In this document: positions 58,400-64,000 of the stretch, one piece after another | How positions within the stretch are numbered: position 1 is the stretch's first letter | Layout: the number at the start of each line of letters is the position of its first letter | From: Podarcis erhardii | Lineage: Eukaryota | Assembly: GCA_964252035.1 (NCBI GenBank) | Contig: OZ176205.1 | DNA length: 64,000 nt | Direction: 5' to 3' (one strand) | Notes under the pieces: model-generated | Told to the model about the DNA's origin: nothing | Databases searched by the model: none | The model's input: the letters and a program-made list of their open reading frames with translations, nothing else | Position numbers and translations under genes: made by a program

Positions 58400-58700
58400 C
58401 ATTGCAGTAAGAATGTAAGAAGAGCCCTGCTGCATTTTCTCACAGTGGTCAGCTAGAGGTCTATGGGAAATTCAGGAGGAGTTCATAAGTGGCCATCGCT
58501 AGTTTAACAGTGTGCTACGTAAAGAAATACTTCCCTTTGCCCGTCTTGAATTTTCTGTTACCCAGCTTCACTGGACAGCCATGGGCTCTGATATTCTGAG
58601 AAAAACACCCTACCTACTTTCTCTGCAGCATGAATACATCTCTATCATGTTCCCCCTTCTTCACATTTTTTTCTAAGCAAATGTTGGAACCTTCCCTCAC
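58400..58700 (-). mobile_element. Degenerate CR1 LINE 3' fragment
   Basis: GTAAGAAGAGCCCTGCTG and AAGAAATACTTCCCTTTG..TCTTGAAT..CAGCTTCACTGGA motifs resemble reptile CR1 3' regions; approximate ends. Confidence 0.55.
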
Positions 58701-60650
58701 ACCCCTCCTCTTATTGAACCCTTTTCAGCATTACAATATCCACACACAGGGTCAAATTTTCATTGTGCTATCCGTCAAAACCTCAAAATTGTGTTTCTGA
58801 CCAGTCACCATTTAGGATTCCCCACCCCAAAGTACATCACATGAAAATAGCCCTTTTATTCAAGATAACAGCTAGAAAAGCAAGGAAAACTCTTAGATAT
58901 CTTTATCTTGTGATACCACATGCTACATAATCTCTCAACATTTATACTCTCAGAACATACACTTGCAAATACACAATTATGCATCCTAAGTATGGTGGTT
59001 CAACTGATTCCCATAGAGATCAAGTGACGCTTGCTCATATTGATCAAGCTTTCATCTGGGTTTCCGTGAGAGCATCTGGGCTCGTGGTATGGCAATGCCT
59101 CTATCAATTAACCTAAAACACAGGGGGATCTTTGACTATGAAGGGAAATTCTATAAAAATGACACCCCCTGAACCCCTCATATATTCTGATGTCTTTGTA
59201 GACCCTTTAGGAAATTCCCTAGCAGTTGTCTGCCCCTTGGCCAAGCTCAATGATGCGCACAGGAGAAGAGGCAAAATAAAGACAATCATTTCAATTGAGT
59301 AAAGGCTGGAAATTTCATTTCATGAAATGATGCTATTATTGGGCTAAGTGATGCAATACATATACTATGGATTATGGAATATATGTAGGGAGGAATGCTT
59401 TTTTTAGTGTGGTGATAGTGGCATCCTGATGATAACAAAGAGAACACTTAATATTTGCAAAGGGATATTCCCTTCAAGAGGAAAAAAGATTGCACAAGCT
59501 CAGAAGTGCTCAATCTTAGACTTACCCTAACGCAGTTTCAACACAGATTCCAATCTCTTCATATATCCCCATTGATGTCCCGAACTCAATCTACTTAACT
59601 AGGCTAAAACAAGATACATCCAATCTTTGATAGAGCCACTACCCACGACCTCCGACACAGTGCATAAACCTCTGAGGTTTTGCAGAAGAGCCTCCTGAGG
59701 TTAGACTGTAGAGCAAGTAGGAGAAGTACAGGGTCAGAGGTTGCTGCTAAGAGCAGAGCAGCAGTCTCCACACTATCCATCATGGCAAAGAGAGCCAGAA
59801 ACAACATCAGATATGTTATTCAGTCAACACTGAGCTACTGTGAGGCTGTGCACGGCATCATCACATTATCTGCAAAACTAGCATACCAAACAATGCTACA
59901 CATGACAGCAAAATCACAGAGCACAAAACTAAACATCATTTATTTATCTGAATCATTTATAAGTCACCTTTCAAGGTGTGCCCTCCCAAGGTGCGTTTTT
60001 TTAGCACAATAAAACTACAACATAATTACTGAAAAAATAGCACAATAACCCAGCAACAGGATCACAAAAAGCCTGACAGAACAAAATAAACTTTTCAGGG
60101 CCCACATAAAATACTCAAGTGGAGGGTTCAAACACATTTTGGGGGAAAGACTTTCAGAGATGTGGTGTCCCGTCTCATCCCCCAAAGCCCCGTCCCTGCT
60201 ATCTGCAAACTTGATTGTTCTTTATGGTAGGCCAGACAACAGAGTCCCCAAGGATTATCTTGCACCTAGAGTTCACTCATAAGAGCATGGGCAGTTCTTC
60301 AAACAACTTATTCCAAAACCATTAAAGGCTTTAAATGTTAAACTCAGCAGCAGTTTGAACTGAGCTTAGAAGAAACAGGCAACAAAAGTAACTGAAGGAG
60401 AATGGGTGTTATATACACAGACTTCTTTGCTCTCCAAGCAACCTGGAGGCTGGATTCTGTACCAATTGAAACTTCTGAGCTGCCTTCAAATGTAGCCCTA
60501 TGTAAAACGCATTACAGCAGCCTAGCCTGGAAGTAGCCAGTGTGTGGACGACTACAGCAACTGCAAAATAACATCTCACTATCCTAGAAGAAAATCATGT
60601 AAGTAAGTAACTTAGTCAGGAAAGTGGCAAGCATGTACATGCAAGTAATA

Positions 60651-60870
60651 CAGTGGTACCTCGGGTTACAAACACTTCGGGTTACAGACTCCGCTAACCC
60701 AGAAGTAGTACCTCGGGTTAAGAACTTTGCCCCAGAATGAGAACAGAAATCGCATGCTGGCGGTGTGGCACCAGCAGGAGGCCCCATTAGCTAAAGTGAT
60801 GCCTCATGTTAAGAACGGTTTCAGAACGGACCTCCGGAACGAATTAGGTTCATAACCAGAGGTACCACTG
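60651..60870. mobile_element. Tc1/mariner (Tigger/pogo-like) MITE
   Basis: TA-CAGTGGTACCTCGGGTTA...TAACCAGAGGTACCACTG-TA; TA TSD. Confidence 0.9.
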
Positions 60871-60953
60871 TATTCTGATTCTGCACAAATGAAGTGTGAA
60901 ATTTGAGGGATATTTGGATGTAGCTCAGCCCTGCAAGTTATGCTTTTCCTCTT

Positions 60954-60980
60954 GTCCAGTAGCACCTTAGAGACCGAATT
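60954..60980 (+). mobile_element. Short Penelope-like remnant
   Basis: TCCAGTAGCACCTTAGAGACC matches the arm of the 6337-6547 element (TCCAGTAGCACCTTAAAGACC). Confidence 0.45.
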
Positions 60981-63900
60981 ATTGTTGCCTGCATTTCTTA
61001 ATGCAAATGCAGGTATAGCTCTTTAATGGAAGCCTAGGAAAACACAACAGTGCGATTCATTTTCTACAGCACAGTTTTCATCAAACATTAAACCACAAGT
61101 TGCCTATTTATTTTAGTTCATCTATATTGCTGCAGGATTATATAAATTATGGGTACTTTAACAGCCCTCTCTAGCATTACTTCTTTTTCCCATTCCCAAG
61201 GGAAAAGTGCTAATCACCACTGTATTTTCCTTTGGGGTGCCCAAGATTGTACATTCACAAAGATAACACATTCAGAATTTAAATCCTATAATACCAGCTA
61301 AATACATTCATAGTGAAACAAGGATAATTGTCCATGGCATGGCAATAGGAATGCTTCCCCCTGTCCTTCTGTCAGGTGCTAGCATCCAGATCAGGATGCT
61401 GCCATAGACAGGACATTTTATTCCATACTTGACAGCCATAGGAAAAATGATTTGAAACACAGGTGCATCGAATGATTCACACAATAACTCAGAGCGTATA
61501 GATCTACTTAGTTACAATTTTATAGCTCCCTTTTATATTTGTCAGTTAACACTGAATTTGAAAAGTTCATCTAGACAGTTTTTTATATTAAGCAAAGGAA
61601 AGCAAACAATACATGCAAAAAACAGGTGAAAAAGAGTTGACACCAAATGAGGATCTGTTATAAACTGTCAGACCTCTGCCTCTGCTATCCCTGACAAGCT
61701 TTTTTGTATAAGTAAGTTGTTTTCAAATAAAACCTATAAAAGATTAGGATCCTCCCAGGCCTTTTCTTATAAGAGACTCCTGTTCTTATCCAGAAACATT
61801 CAAAATCTGTTTGGTAGAATTAACTTCTAACACTGGCCTCATTTTCCTCCAGCATTTCACTTCCTTATTAAGCAGCTGTCATTGAATAGAACTTCTGACT
61901 GGGAAGATGACCAGAAAATGTCTCTACTGAACATTATCTGAAAGACACTTCCTGCCCAGCTGAGCTGCTGTTTGTTCCATGCATAAATGGCCTCCCACTT
62001 CCACCAATGATAAACATTTAGATCACATCAAGTGTTAATCTTCGCCTGGAGGTTGCTTCAGTAAACAGAAAAATATTTCACATGGGATTTGGAAACCCTT
62101 TAAAGGTGGAAGTTAATAGTAAGAAATATACTAAAGACTATAACAGCTGCGGAGAAGGTTAAAAAGACAATGTCCATAAATATTTTTTATTCAAGAAATA
62201 AAAGTGCTGAAAACATATTGAGATTCCAGTTTTGCAGAACCAGGAACTCAAGAACACCACATAGAAAAATGCTTTAATCCTGAAACGTGTTATACACAAA
62301 ATGCATATGGCTGTATTTTATAATTTACACAAAAGGGTTAACATGTTGGTGGCACAGTCCTTCCATATCTAAGATTTTAAGAACTCCTCCTTTAAAAATC
62401 AACAGAACATAGGCATGACAAAGGTAAACAACGAAATCAATGCTATCACTTGACTTAACTGCAACCCGTAATTTCAGAAAGCTATGAAGTTGGCACAAAA
62501 GTGATAATGAACATATCTATGGAGAATGTGAAGAAACTACTGTATACTTAAGCTTTTACACTATTTTTCAGGCTGCAGCTCCCCCACTTGATTTATAACC
62601 AAAAGACAAAACAATTAATATATATACAACTAGAACTCATCCTACTCTTGATTGTAATCTGCTTCAACTGTTTTTAATACTGTATTTTTAAATTGTTGCA
62701 ACTTGAAGGGCAAGTTAAGAAATCTGAGTAATAATATACGGGAAAACAGAGGAGCAACTACGTAAGAGCGAAACCATAAAAAAGAAACATTCTTAAGAGC
62801 TGTGCACAAGTAAAAATTTGCACTTGGCAAACATGTGTCAGACCACTTTGTATCAGGTGCTTGGCCTGATAGGAATATGAAAATTGTTTTGGTGTTTCCC
62901 AATGAGTTAGAGCTCTGAAATTTGATACGCTGTGGTCAGACCTTTACCTTCAGAGAAGCTACCACATAACTGAATATACCTGTTTTTGAAAATATAACAT
63001 CTGAATCTGTGGGGTATATATTTATTCTATACAATAGCTGTTCAAACTTTCTAAGTTAACTTGTTGCACTTCAGGATGTAGTACTAAGCTATGCAATGTG
63101 AACACGGACCACTAAATTCTAGCAGTACATCGCACTATAACTGGAAGGAGAGGTGACCATTAGAAGCTCCCAAACTCTTCCCCAGCCCAGATTAAAAAAC
63201 AAGCCAGAAAGGACTTTCCATTTTACAACTTGCCCTGAAAGACTGCCCTACTACAGTTACTCCCATAAAGAGACCCTCTTGTTCCCAGAGCCACCTGTAT
63301 GGTAAGCTTCTGTTACCTTCCCATCCCAGTTACCCTAAGAGTAGTCCTCTGAAGCAGCCCCCTAGCTCTAACCTTTAGGCCAATGTAAGCCACAGGAGTG
63401 GGGGAAGAGAAGCTCGCCCAACTCTGGTTAAAATACTCAAGTCCCTTCATCTTAAAATTAAGATAGCAACTTTCTGTCTCATGGATAAAAAAATATCACT
63501 TCTGCACTCTAAACACACTATATCTTAAATTATTAGTTTATTGACAAGGATTAAGCATTCATAAAATGATTCAGAATGTTTAGTGAATGATGCAATGCTC
63601 TTAAATATAAGAAGCTATGCATAAGCATAGTTTGCCACAGCAATTGTACATGTGTGAACACACAAAAAAAATAAAGAACATGATTATAGTGGAACACACG
63701 TTACGGTGAAGTGTTCTGCTACTCTCAAGTCTTCCATCACCCAAGATGGGGATGGATGGGAATGGTACTCTGAATATGAATGTTATAGCAACTCATCTGT
63801 GATGAACAGGCGTACAGTACAGAAGTACAAGTAGTGGACTCTTTGCGAAAAAGAATAGTCCCGTTATTTTTTGGCCAATGTGTTACTTTAGATTATTAGT

Positions 63901-64000
63901 ATTGGCACTGCATAGCTGCTGAACAAAACCAGGTACAGGAAATTGTAAAGGCAGCTTATCTCTGTTAGGACCAAATATTTAGATATCTGTATTTTCCCAA

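Noticed and set aside
59604-60012. 110-aa + strand ORF and 67-aa - strand ORF in intron 1
   Set aside because: No recognisable domain and no resemblance to USP24 exon 1 (UBA, GC-rich); lengths expected by chance.
56096-64000. Searched for USP24 exon 1, promoter or CpG island
   Set aside because: AT-rich, CpG-poor intronic sequence; no MESEEEQH-like start seen, so exon 1 lies beyond the window.

Overview
Vertebrate genomic DNA from a squamate reptile; Sauria-type SINEs suggest a lacertid-like lizard (inference). The window is almost entirely the USP24 deubiquitinase gene on the minus strand. I mapped 62 coding exons by hand (55930-56095 down to 371-452; 7154 nt, about 2385 codons). All splice phases are compatible, and the catalytic Cys box (GGATCYMN) and His box (HAGHYY) are intact. 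The first coding exon (UBA region) lies beyond 64000 and the last few exons lie before position 1. Exon numbers assume one upstream coding exon. Two introns use GC donors. Introns carry Sauria SINEs, tRNA-derived SINEs, CR1/L2 tails, hAT and Tigger/pogo MITEs (several with intact TSDs), microsatellites and small tandem duplications. The most notable non-coding signal is a TSD-flanked Penelope-like inverted repeat at 6337-6547. It holds a complete minimal hammerhead ribozyme on the + strand (antisense to USP24), while the mirror copy on the USP24 sense strand has lost stem II. Comparisons with human USP24 are from recalled sequence, not a database search. Most short ORFs in the supplied track are intronic noise or exon read-throughs.
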